This document shows positions 36,397-43,333 of a DNA stretch of 64,000 bases, piece by piece. The notes under the pieces are model-generated. The model did no database searches and was not told the DNA's origin. It worked only from the letters and a program-made list of their open reading frames with translations. Both the position numbers and the translations under genes were made by a program. Numbering within the stretch: position 1 is the first letter of the stretch; every line of letters starts with the position of its first letter. The stretch lies in contig DFFU01000012.1 in the NCBI GenBank assembly GCA_002372315.1, positions 28,755 to 92,754 on the forward strand, in the 5' to 3' direction. The stretch comes from Alphaproteobacteria bacterium UBA3768 (GTDB lineage: Bacteria; Pseudomonadota; Alphaproteobacteria; CAAHEQ01; UBA3637).

Positions 36397-37377
36397 TTAT
36401 TCATGAGTATTAATACGTTCTAATTGCTGCACAGGTGCACCTACTTTAATCCGCCGAAATGATGGAACTGTTTTTTTATGAATTATTTGTAAAGGTTGAT
36501 TTGGATTAACCACTTTTACTTCTGGAATTTCAAAATAAGTGCGTTGTTCAGAGGGTAAAATCGGAATTGTCCATCCAACCCCTCTAATTGGTTTAGTTGG
36601 ATCAAATAAAGTATAAATTGCTTTTCCTAAGGAATTCTGTTGTCGTGCAAAATCATAAGATTTTTGAACAGCCCCAAACAATTGATGAAAATGGCGTGGA
36701 TATTTTTCCCGAAATCCATATATTCCATTTAATAATTCAAATGAACCTGTGCATACTGAGGTTCCGCCCAAATGTGTCCCACCCACTGTATGGATACCAT
36801 CTCCAGCGTCCTTCCCTTCCTTTTCCTGAAAATTTACAATATCATCATTTTCATGCCAACGAACATCAATAAAATCGTTTTCATCCACCTTAGCATTTTT
36901 ATGTAATGGCCACAATAAAAGAGCATATTCAATTTTGTCAGCATAAATTGTTGGGCGGTTTAGATTATTTCCCAATAATTTTTGCTTCATTACTTGTGGT
37001 GTTTGAATAGATTCTTTTGGCCATTCAATATACATCAAACGAGTCATTGCTGCTCGATACTTAATTCCGTTATCCATGGATACTAGGGCTACAAAGGGTT
37101 TGCCTTCCATAGCAAGCGTATATTGTGTCGGATTAGCAAGAGGATATTTGATAAAATCACCTATTAGTTTTTCTTCTAACTCCAGATTAGGTTTTAAGCG
37201 AAAAATGCTTTTTACTTGAGCAGGTTGTGCTACTTTTATAGCAAAAAAATATTCTTCGGCACGTTTTGCCCGTTCGGCATCAGCCTGTTTTTTCTTTTCC
37301 TTTTGTTCTTTTTGAAAATCGCTGATATTTTGTTTTAAGGATTTTTCAACAGACTTAAATAAATCATCATCATTCAT
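36397..37377 (-). CDS. Cassette 3: hypothetical 326-aa protein (Lys/Glu-rich N-terminus, unknown globular domain)
   Basis: Long ORF with the promoter TTGACA-17-TAAAAT on the minus strand at 37405..37433. No recognisable motif. Confidence 0.6.
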   Translation of the reverse strand: MNDDDLFKSVEKSLKQNISDFQKEQKEKKKQADAERAKRAEEYFFAIKVAQPAQVKSIFRLKPNLELEEKLIGDFIKYPLANPTQYTLAMEGKPFVALVSMDNGIKYRAAMTRLMYIEWPKESIQTPQVMKQKLLGNNLNRPTIYADKIEYALLLWPLHKNAKVDENDFIDVRWHENDDIVNFQEKEGKDAGDGIHTVGGTHLGGTSVCTGSFELLNGIYGFREKYPRHFHQLFGAVQKSYDFARQQNSLGKAIYTLFDPTKPIRGVGWTIPILPSEQRTYFEIPEVKVVNPNQPLQIIHKKTVPSFRRIKVGAPVQQLERINTHE

Positions 37378-37502
37378 GTTTATAAACCCTTCATAATTGA
37401 ATTTATTTTACATACTTTTACAGCAAATGTCAAATAATCTAGGATGATTTTTGTATTTTCCAAGATACAGATATTGAAAACAAAGGAAATTTCAATATAA
37501 CT

Positions 37503-37640
37503 AGTCCGTGTAAGTGGAAAATGTGGCCTTTTTTATATCCTCTCACACGGACTTTTATAACAGCATGAAAATAAAAGAAAAAGTCGCCACTTTTGACGAC
37601 TCTCACAACTTGGCTGGACTCGTCGTGCTATACACGGACT
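37503..37640. repeat. Junction repeat R4
   Basis: 37502..37628 is identical to 38537..38663 (127 nt). Ends in tatACACGGACT. Confidence 0.9.
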
Positions 37641-37699
37641 AAAAATTGTTGCAATCAATGAATAAATAGTTTAATATCCGTCTATGGAGGTAGTAGGAG

Positions 37700-38491
37700 A
37701 TGACCACTAATAAATATAAAGACATCATTTTGAATAAGTACGCTGATTGTGATGAAGATTCACGCTTAATAAAAGATCGTGCACATAATATTGAATATCT
37801 AACAACAATGCATTATATTCAAAAATTCTTAAAACCTGGGGCGAAGATATTGGAAGTTGGTGCAGGAACAGGGCGTTATTCTATTGCCTTAGCTAAAATG
37901 GGATATAACGTCACTGCTGTTGATTTAACTCCTAGATATGTTGAAATAATGAAACGTAAAAGTCGTAGACTTAAAAATTTTCAATGTATGGTAGCTGATG
38001 CGTTGGATTTAAGTATGTTTAAAAATAATTCTTTTGATATTGTCCTTAATCTTGGACCGATGTATCATCTGTTTACCCTAAAAGATAAAAAACAAGCAAT
38101 TAAGGAAACGTTGCGTGTGGCTAAGAAAAATGCTGTTTGCATGTTTGCTTACCTTTCTCACAGTTCAATAATGCTCAGTTATGGTCTAATCAAAAATCAT
38201 GTTTCTGAGGTAGTTTCTTGTGTAGATAAAACTGGTCGAATCAAAGATATTCCAGAAAAAGTTTTTGCAGCTTTTTATGTGGAAGATTTTAAAAAATTAT
38301 TTTTACAAACAAATACGAAATATATTGTAAATGTCGCCACAGATGGTATTGCTCCAGCAATGAGTGAAAAGATTGAGCAATTATCAAAGAAGGACTATCA
38401 AGCATTTTTAAATTGGCGTTTTATGACATGTGAACGTTTAGATCAACAGGGACTTAGTTCACATTTGCTTTATGTTTGTAAGAAAAACTAA
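37700..38491 (+). CDS. Cassette 4: class I SAM-dependent methyltransferase
   Basis: ILEVGAGTGRYSIALAKMGYNVTAVDLTP (motif I / post I) and FDIVLNLGPMYHL. Promoter TTGCAA-17-TAATAT at 37649..37677. Confidence 0.85.
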   Translation: MTTNKYKDIILNKYADCDEDSRLIKDRAHNIEYLTTMHYIQKFLKPGAKILEVGAGTGRYSIALAKMGYNVTAVDLTPRYVEIMKRKSRRLKNFQCMVADALDLSMFKNNSFDIVLNLGPMYHLFTLKDKKQAIKETLRVAKKNAVCMFAYLSHSSIMLSYGLIKNHVSEVVSCVDKTGRIKDIPEKVFAAFYVEDFKKLFLQTNTKYIVNVATDGIAPAMSEKIEQLSKKDYQAFLNWRFMTCERLDQQGLSSHLLYVCKKN

Positions 38492-38537
38492 TACAAAAAG
38501 ACATAATTATTAAAATCAAAGGATTATTTCAAATTTT

Positions 38538-38675
38538 AGTCCGTGTAAGTGGAAAATGTGGCCTTTTTTATATCCTCTCACACGGACTTTTATAACAGCA
38601 TGAAAATAAAAGAAAAAGTCGCCACTTTTGACGACTCTCACAACTTGGCTGGACTCGTCGTGCAATTTCCGAGCC
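38538..38675. repeat. Junction repeat R5
   Basis: Identical to R4 for 127 nt, then ends aatTTCCGAGCC instead of tatACACGGACT. Confidence 0.9.
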
Positions 38676-38738
38676 GATTTCATACTATATTGACATCTGA
38701 AATAATTACTGATAAAGTATTTTTGAAAGGTTTCTATA

Positions 38739-39197
38739 ATGCCAAAAGAAATAAGATTTTGTACTCCAAAAGGGGAATATTGGTTTTTATCGCCACTGGC
38801 TGCTTTTCCAATAAAAATGACAGTGGATGATGCAGATTATATTTTTCCAAGCGTTGAACATTACTATCAAGCGATGAAATTTTATGCCTCAGATAAAAGA
38901 TTTGATGTTATTTTAAAATTAAAAAATCCTGATGAAGCTCGATTGCTTACCAAAACAGTAGAATATAAAATAAATCGCAGGAAAGATTTTGATATCAACA
39001 AATTTAATATTATGGAAAAAGCTTTATATGCTAAATTTATTCAAAATCCTGATGCAGCAGAATTGTTAAAATCCACGGGTGATGCAATATTGATTAAATC
39101 ATGCCCTGTATGTTATAAATGTGGATTTGGTGAAGGAAGTGGCATGAATCGCATGGGCAAAGTTTTGATGAAAATCAGGTCAGAAATTCAAAAATAA
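38739..39197 (+). CDS. Cassette 5: NADAR (YbiA/DUF1768) family protein
   Basis: FLSPLAAFPI...YIFPSVEHYYQAMKF, then LYAKFIQNPDAAELLKSTGDAILI, then GFGEGSGMNRMGKVLMKIR, matching the NADAR signature blocks. Promoter TTGACA-17-TAAAGT at 38690..38718. Confidence 0.75.
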   Translation: MPKEIRFCTPKGEYWFLSPLAAFPIKMTVDDADYIFPSVEHYYQAMKFYASDKRFDVILKLKNPDEARLLTKTVEYKINRRKDFDINKFNIMEKALYAKFIQNPDAAELLKSTGDAILIKSCPVCYKCGFGEGSGMNRMGKVLMKIRSEIQK

Positions 39198-39204
39198 AAT
39201 GTAC

Positions 39205-39440
39205 TCATGGTTCGAGCCAAATCAAAAAATGAGCTATTTTTAAATTTTGTGTTCGAACTAGAATAAATGCTTACGAATAAAAGAAAAAACGTCCATAAAG
39301 GACGTTTGTGCCAATTCCGACATCAATTCGCCTACATTTCCATTTGGCTCATTGTGTCTCATTGCTTTGCGCACAAAAATAATTCACTGGATTATTTTTG
39401 TTTTGCTCAGTGGCTGGAGTCGTCGTGCAATGTATGAGCT
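39205..39440. repeat. Junction repeat R6 (degenerate, with ~110-nt internal insertion)
   Basis: Order: GTTCGAGCC, AATGAGCTATTTTTA, GAATAAAAGAAAAA, ACGTCC/GGACGT hairpin, insertion, gTGGCTGGagtcgtcgtgcaatgtatGAGCT. It is collinear with R8. Confidence 0.65.
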
Positions 39441-39484
39441 AACTATTCAGGTGAGCAACAGAAAACGAAAAAATTATTCTAAAA

Positions 39485-40459
39485 CTAACGAGAATTGTTT
39501 CCAGCATCATTGGCACGTCTACTGGCACCTTTACGCGACTCTTGTAAGATGGTTACTGCTTTTCGAACATCAAAACGGTCTTCTTTGTGCAAATAACCCG
39601 TACAATAACCTTTGCGAGGTACTTGCGTTGGCCATTTTGCATTTGGACTCTTGATGTTTTCAATATTCTTCTTAGAAACTGCCTTGTATGATTTTAACAA
39701 TGTTTCTTTCATTGATTTTCTTTCAGCTGTTGGTTTTAATGACTTAGGACCTTTCATGAGAGCTTCAATCCTTTCATTAAACTCTCTCCTTATCAAATCT
39801 TGTAACTTATATTCTCCTCTGCCAGCAGTAAATTTATAACCTTCATCCAAAAGCGATGTATTACCCCCAGTAAGCGATCCATCCCAAGTATAATCAAAAG
39901 GAGTACTTTTATGCCCGTACTCACTGACCCAAAGACCTTTTCGCTTTAATTTTCCACCTTCTGTAAATTCTTCGTAGATATTAGTAGGGCAATGATGTCG
40001 TTGTTTAACTAAACCATTCGAATGATACGTTGTTTCCGTTTGTGTTTCCGGATCATATCTGTATTCAAAAATCGGTCGCCCTTCAGCGTCCCATTTGGAT
40101 ATATGTCTACCATAGTTGTCCGTATTACGTACAGACAAACTTGCAATTTTACCATTTGGATGGTATTCCGCATATTCTTCTCTTCCCGGTTGTGATAAGC
40201 TAGAACGTTCTAAAGAGCCATCTTTACGGTAATACGCATATTCATCTCTTTCCCGTTGTACTAGTTTAGAAGCTTTCAAAGATCCATCTTCACGGTAATT
40301 TAATTCATAACTATCACCATTCTCATAAAAGAAATGAATGGCTTGAGGTACTTTCTTTTCAAAAAATGCCAAAAACGACTTTTTAGGGTAATACTGAACC
40401 CTTACTTTCACCTTACCCGATAATGTTTGTGTAATGGTTGTATCAAAATATTTTTTCAT
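39485..40459 (-). CDS. Cassette 6: MORN-variant (YwqK-like) repeat protein
   Basis: Repeated Y..(D/N)G(S/K)L units, e.g. FYENGDSYELNYREDGSLKAS, YYRKDGSLERS, EYHPNGKIASL, TYHSNGLVKQ. Basic C-terminal third. Confidence 0.65.
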   Translation of the reverse strand: MKKYFDTTITQTLSGKVKVRVQYYPKKSFLAFFEKKVPQAIHFFYENGDSYELNYREDGSLKASKLVQRERDEYAYYRKDGSLERSSLSQPGREEYAEYHPNGKIASLSVRNTDNYGRHISKWDAEGRPIFEYRYDPETQTETTYHSNGLVKQRHHCPTNIYEEFTEGGKLKRKGLWVSEYGHKSTPFDYTWDGSLTGGNTSLLDEGYKFTAGRGEYKLQDLIRREFNERIEALMKGPKSLKPTAERKSMKETLLKSYKAVSKKNIENIKSPNAKWPTQVPRKGYCTGYLHKEDRFDVRKAVTILQESRKGASRRANDAGNNSR

Positions 40460-40488
40460 AAATACCTCCTATCATATTAGATACTAAT

Positions 40489-40517
40489 ATTATATATGAA
40501 TGCATATTTCCTGTCAA
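40489..40517 (-). promoter_or_regulatory. Consensus sigma70 promoter of cassette 6
   Basis: Minus strand reads TTGACA, 17-nt spacer, TATAAT (both perfect), followed by AGGAGG and the ATG at 40459. Confidence 0.6.
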
Positions 40518-40587
40518 GTTTTTTTTATCCCAGATATTGGGAAATAAGATTTTTTGACTTTTTAGCTCAGAGCGGGTCGTTTTTGGG

Positions 40588-40857
40588 CGTTTTCTAAAAT
40601 CTTTGTTCCGAGCCACGATAAGCGCTTAGAAACAAAAGAAAAAAGGTCCTTTATGGACGCTTGCACGATTTGGCTGGGGTGGCTGATTGCTCACTTCGCT
40701 CGTCCTCACGATATTCGGACCGCCTTTGGCGTCGTTCGCTACGCTCACCGAACCAACTCTTTCGTTGGGCCGATTCCAACGTACCCTTAGCCATCAAAAA
40801 ACCGCCCACATGGGCGGATTTTTTTACTGGCTGGACTCGTCGTGCAATTTCCGAGCT
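40588..40857. repeat. Junction repeat R7 (compound: two cores with a 150-nt insert)
   Basis: Flank-like arm, then TTGGCTGG followed by a 15-nt exact tRNA-Gln 3' fragment (40671..40685 = 41306..41320). Next come a relatively GC-rich segment, a terminator, and a second core cTGGCTGGactcgtcgtgcaatTTCCGAGCt. Confidence 0.8.
40795..40825. terminator. Bidirectional rho-independent terminator inside R7
   Basis: AAAAAA-CCGCCC-acat-GGGCGG-aTTTTTTT. Confidence 0.7.
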
Positions 40858-40922
40858 GAAATTTGTTATTGCTATTTGTTTTTTGATAAGATATAATCGC
40901 TTTGCAATGAAAGGTTTGTGAA

Positions 40923-41165
40923 ATGACTACAACTATCCAGAAAGAAGATAAAATCTCTACCTTTGATGATAAATCCGTGGTAAAAGTTGCTACTCATAAG
41001 GGTAGAAAATCATCACAAACAAAAGTTCCGCTTGTTCCTCTGAAAAGATCAAAATTTGTCCTTGATAACCCAGATAAAGCTTTTGCACACTCCGACCGAT
41101 TTGCAAAAATAATGGATGAAGCATCTCGTTGGGCAGTAATTAGGAATTACGACTTTGAGAGATAA
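40923..41165 (+). CDS. Cassette 7: hypothetical 80-aa protein
   Basis: ORF with the promoter TTGCTA-17-TATAAT (40869..40897), bounded by R7 and R8. No recognisable motif. Confidence 0.45.
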   Translation: MTTTIQKEDKISTFDDKSVVKVATHKGRKSSQTKVPLVPLKRSKFVLDNPDKAFAHSDRFAKIMDEASRWAVIRNYDFER

Positions 41166-41194
41166 TATATTTATTTTAAAAGAAATTTTTAACT

Positions 41195-41312
41195 GTTGGT
41201 TCGGAATGAGCTATTTTTAGAGATTTTCTAGAAGGTCTGTTCCGAGCCACAATAAGCGCTTAGAAATAAAAGAAAAAGTCGCCATATTTGACGACTTGCA
41301 CGATTTGGCTGG
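41195..41312. repeat. Junction repeat R8 = native 3' flank of tRNA-Gln
   Basis: Order: GGTTCGGAATGAGCTATTTTTAG, CTGTTCCGAGCC, terminator hairpin, GCACGATTTGGCTGG, running directly into the tRNA body. Confidence 0.85.
41264..41297 (-). terminator. Terminator of tRNA-Gln
   Basis: On the minus strand, an AAGTCG-tcaaatatgg-CGACTT hairpin is followed by TTTTTCTTTTATTT. This same module recurs in R2-R7. Confidence 0.6.
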
Positions 41313-41381
41313 GGTGGCTGGATTCGAACCAACGAAATGGCGGAATCAGAATCCGCTGCCTTACCACTTGGCGACACCCCA
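41306..41381 (-). tRNA. tRNA-Gln (anticodon CUG)
   Basis: Minus strand: TGGGGTG TC GCCAAGTGGTAAGGC A GCGGA TTCTGAT TCCGC CATTTC GTTGG TTCGAAT CCAGC CACCCCA G CCA. This gives a 7-bp acceptor stem, TTCGAAT T-loop, anticodon loop TT-CTG-AT and an encoded CCA. Confidence 0.9.
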
Positions 41382-41393
41382 ATGATAATTTGT

Positions 41394-41422
41394 ATTATAA
41401 CAAACTTGCTTTAAAATTGCAA
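41394..41422 (-). promoter_or_regulatory. Promoter of tRNA-Gln
   Basis: Minus strand reads TTGCAA, 17-nt spacer, TATAAT, 12 nt upstream of the mature 5' end. Confidence 0.55.
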
Positions 41423-41432
41423 GAGGATAAAT

Positions 41433-41459
41433 AAAAAAGGCGACCAAAATCGCCTTTTT
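41433..41459 (-). terminator. Terminator of rpmE (hairpin is symmetric, A-run/T-run on both sides)
   Basis: AAAAAA-GGCGA-ccaaaa-TCGCC-TTTTT, immediately downstream of the rpmE stop. Confidence 0.7.
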
Positions 41460-41466
41460 GAAAATC

Positions 41467-41694
41467 TTAAGCAGGTTTTTTCTTAAAGGTTGCAAAACGC
41501 TTATTAAATTTTGCCAATTGACCACCACTGTCAATTAAACGATATACGCCTGTCCACGCTGGATGCGATAAAGGGTCAATGTCCAAACGCACAACATCAC
41601 CTTCTTTACCAATGGTTGAACGTGTTTTAAATTCGGTACCGTCTGTCATTACAACAGTAATTTCGTGATAATCAGGATGTATATCTTTTTTCAT
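41467..41694 (-). CDS. rpmE: 50S ribosomal protein L31 (Cys-free type)
   Basis: [27 protein letters not shown]...[13 protein letters not shown] matches L31. It lacks the CxxC zinc ribbon. Confidence 0.9.
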   Translation of the reverse strand: MKKDIHPDYHEITVVMTDGTEFKTRSTIGKEGDVVRLDIDPLSHPAWTGVYRLIDSGGQLAKFNKRFATFKKKPA

Positions 41695-41762
41695 GCTAAC
41701 TCCATTTTTTGATTGTTTGCGAAATTATACAACTATTTTTTTAAAAAAGCAAGTATTTTTTT

Positions 41763-42410
41763 TTATTTTCTTTTTTTGATGGTTTCCCTTGATGACTTTC
41801 GAACAAGAGTTATGTAAAATTCAATGCTTGATAAAAACAAAAGAATATATCCTAAATATTCAACAGATTCTTCAAATAAACGGCGCACCAAACGAGGGTC
41901 AGTAATGGGCCCCAAAGCATCCACAAAAAAAGTTTTATGACCGACACATTGGGCAATAGGTAAAATGGTAATAGCGACAGTATACATCATGAAAAAAGAG
42001 GCTGAAGAACAAAATGCTACCAGACTTTTTCGAAATTCTAATTGGTGATGTATTGCATAACCCAATGTGATAATGGGAAAAATTAATGCAAATTTCCAAC
42101 TGAACAACCATAGCTCATCAAACCAAGAATCTAGCTCACGACAAAAGGCAGTGAGGCAAAGTGATCCCAAGAACAGGGCCAATGCGCGATAAGGCGTTTT
42201 AAAAAAACTTTGCACAAAAAAGGAGAGTGCACAAAAAAGTAATATGAATAATTGGAAATTTTCCACAATACCATATTCTTCAAAGGTATTTTCCTTAAAG
42301 TACTCAGCAAAGTGCCACATACTGAAAACACCCCCCATTAAAATGCAAAAATAAATCGTCCATCTCATCAAAGAAATGGCCAGTTTTTTTTCATCTATAC
42401 TGGGTTGCAC
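41763..42410 (-). CDS. Hypothetical polytopic membrane protein
   Basis: 215 aa with about 6 hydrophobic helices. No recognisable motif. Confidence 0.45.
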   Translation of the reverse strand: MQPSIDEKKLAISLMRWTIYFCILMGGVFSMWHFAEYFKENTFEEYGIVENFQLFILLFCALSFFVQSFFKTPYRALALFLGSLCLTAFCRELDSWFDELWLFSWKFALIFPIITLGYAIHHQLEFRKSLVAFCSSASFFMMYTVAITILPIAQCVGHKTFFVDALGPITDPRLVRRLFEESVEYLGYILLFLSSIEFYITLVRKSSRETIKKRK

Positions 42411-42481
42411 GCAATAACCTCCTCATAACATAAATTGTTATGCAGTTATTATAATTAGCCCGCCAAAAAAGTCAAGGAGAA

Positions 42482-43273
42482 TCATTTCCAATAATCGGCC
42501 ACCCATGGCGTGGGGCGTACAACTTTATATAGTTTTTTAATTCCTTTTGGGCATTTGGGATCATTGTCTTCCATACACCATTTCCCTTTTAATGCTTCAT
42601 CCAGCCCCGGTAGCCCATGAAAGGCAATCATCTTTAGTTTCGGGTTTTTGGGCATTTTAGGTGTTAAAAATAGGCGTAAAGGCCACACAGGGATACAGTG
42701 AAAACGAAATGAGCAAAACCATTCTTTTGGCCAAAAATTCAAATGACCAAATTGTTCAATAACCTTTGCGGATAGATATTCTTGAGAGGCAGTATAGTAT
42801 TTTGCAATGACCTCTTTTGGATGTGCTTCAAAATAAGATTTTACAAATCCTAAAGTTCCCACAACAAATGAATAGCAACTGGCTTGACCAACAGTATTAC
42901 CTTTTGTATGCCAATCGTTGATGATATAAAATTTGTCGCCTTCTGGATAACGGAAAAAGTCATCCAAATTACCAACAATAAGTGAATCTAAATCAAAAAA
43001 GAAAACACGCTGACCATTCAATCCACCTAAGTTATCATCACATAAGGCGGCTTCCTTACGATACGAATATTTATCGTCTTCAGGGGCGACATTTAATTTG
43101 GGTAAAGGTTTGGCGATAATGTCTGATCTTAAACCATCTGTGCGATCTGTAAAACAATAAAAGTCAATATCAAAAGAAGTGTTGCGCTTTATCATAGAAC
43201 ACAACTTATTGACATCATCAGCGGGATACCATGCTCCCCATTTGATACAAATGACATTATATTTTTCACTCAT
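42482..43273 (-). CDS. Putative GT-A-fold glycosyltransferase-like protein
   Basis: N-terminal VICIKWGAWYPADDVNKL and an FFFDLDSLIV (DxD-like) segment. The call is tentative. Confidence 0.35.
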   Translation of the reverse strand: MSEKYNVICIKWGAWYPADDVNKLCSMIKRNTSFDIDFYCFTDRTDGLRSDIIAKPLPKLNVAPEDDKYSYRKEAALCDDNLGGLNGQRVFFFDLDSLIVGNLDDFFRYPEGDKFYIINDWHTKGNTVGQASCYSFVVGTLGFVKSYFEAHPKEVIAKYYTASQEYLSAKVIEQFGHLNFWPKEWFCSFRFHCIPVWPLRLFLTPKMPKNPKLKMIAFHGLPGLDEALKGKWCMEDNDPKCPKGIKKLYKVVRPTPWVADYWK

Positions 43274-43333
43274 GAATACCTCCTTTTAAATTATTCATAT
43301 CAAATTATATAATATTTTGCAAGTTGAATAATA

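Larger units (their letters stand above)
34635..41312. mobile_element. tRNA-Gln-anchored array of seven single-gene cassettes separated by flank-derived repeats R1-R8
   Basis: Eight directly oriented junction repeats share the core TTGGCTGG (degenerate in R3, R6 and the second core of R7). That core is the complement of the tRNA 3' end. Exactly one gene lies between consecutive repeats. No recombinase is present in the window. Confidence 0.55.

Noticed and set aside
38645-38675. Reading TGGCTGGACTCGTCGTGCAATTTCCGAGC as the 3' half of a second (pseudo-)tRNA
   Set aside because: Only the terminal CCAGCCA matches tRNA-Gln. There is no GTTCGAATC-type T-loop, no 5-bp T-stem and no complementary 5' acceptor strand upstream.
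38549-38830. 93-aa ORF spanning repeat R5 and the start of the NADAR gene
   Set aside because: It starts inside the junction repeat, crosses the cassette-5 promoter and overlaps the much better supported NADAR CDS in another frame.
39352-39654. 100-aa ORF across degenerate repeat R6
   Set aside because: It lies within repeat-derived sequence and overlaps the 3' end of the MORN-like gene on the opposite strand. No RBS or promoter is present.
40661-40921. Two overlapping ORFs (86 and 69 aa) across junction R7
   Set aside because: They read through a tRNA-Gln fragment, a strong bidirectional terminator and the second repeat core. There is no RBS, and the composition is atypical for coding sequence in this genome.
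34635-41312. Possibility that the regularly spaced repeats are a CRISPR array
   Set aside because: The repeats are 40-270 nt long and imperfect. The 'spacers' are 0.4-1.1-kb complete genes with promoters, and no cas genes are present.
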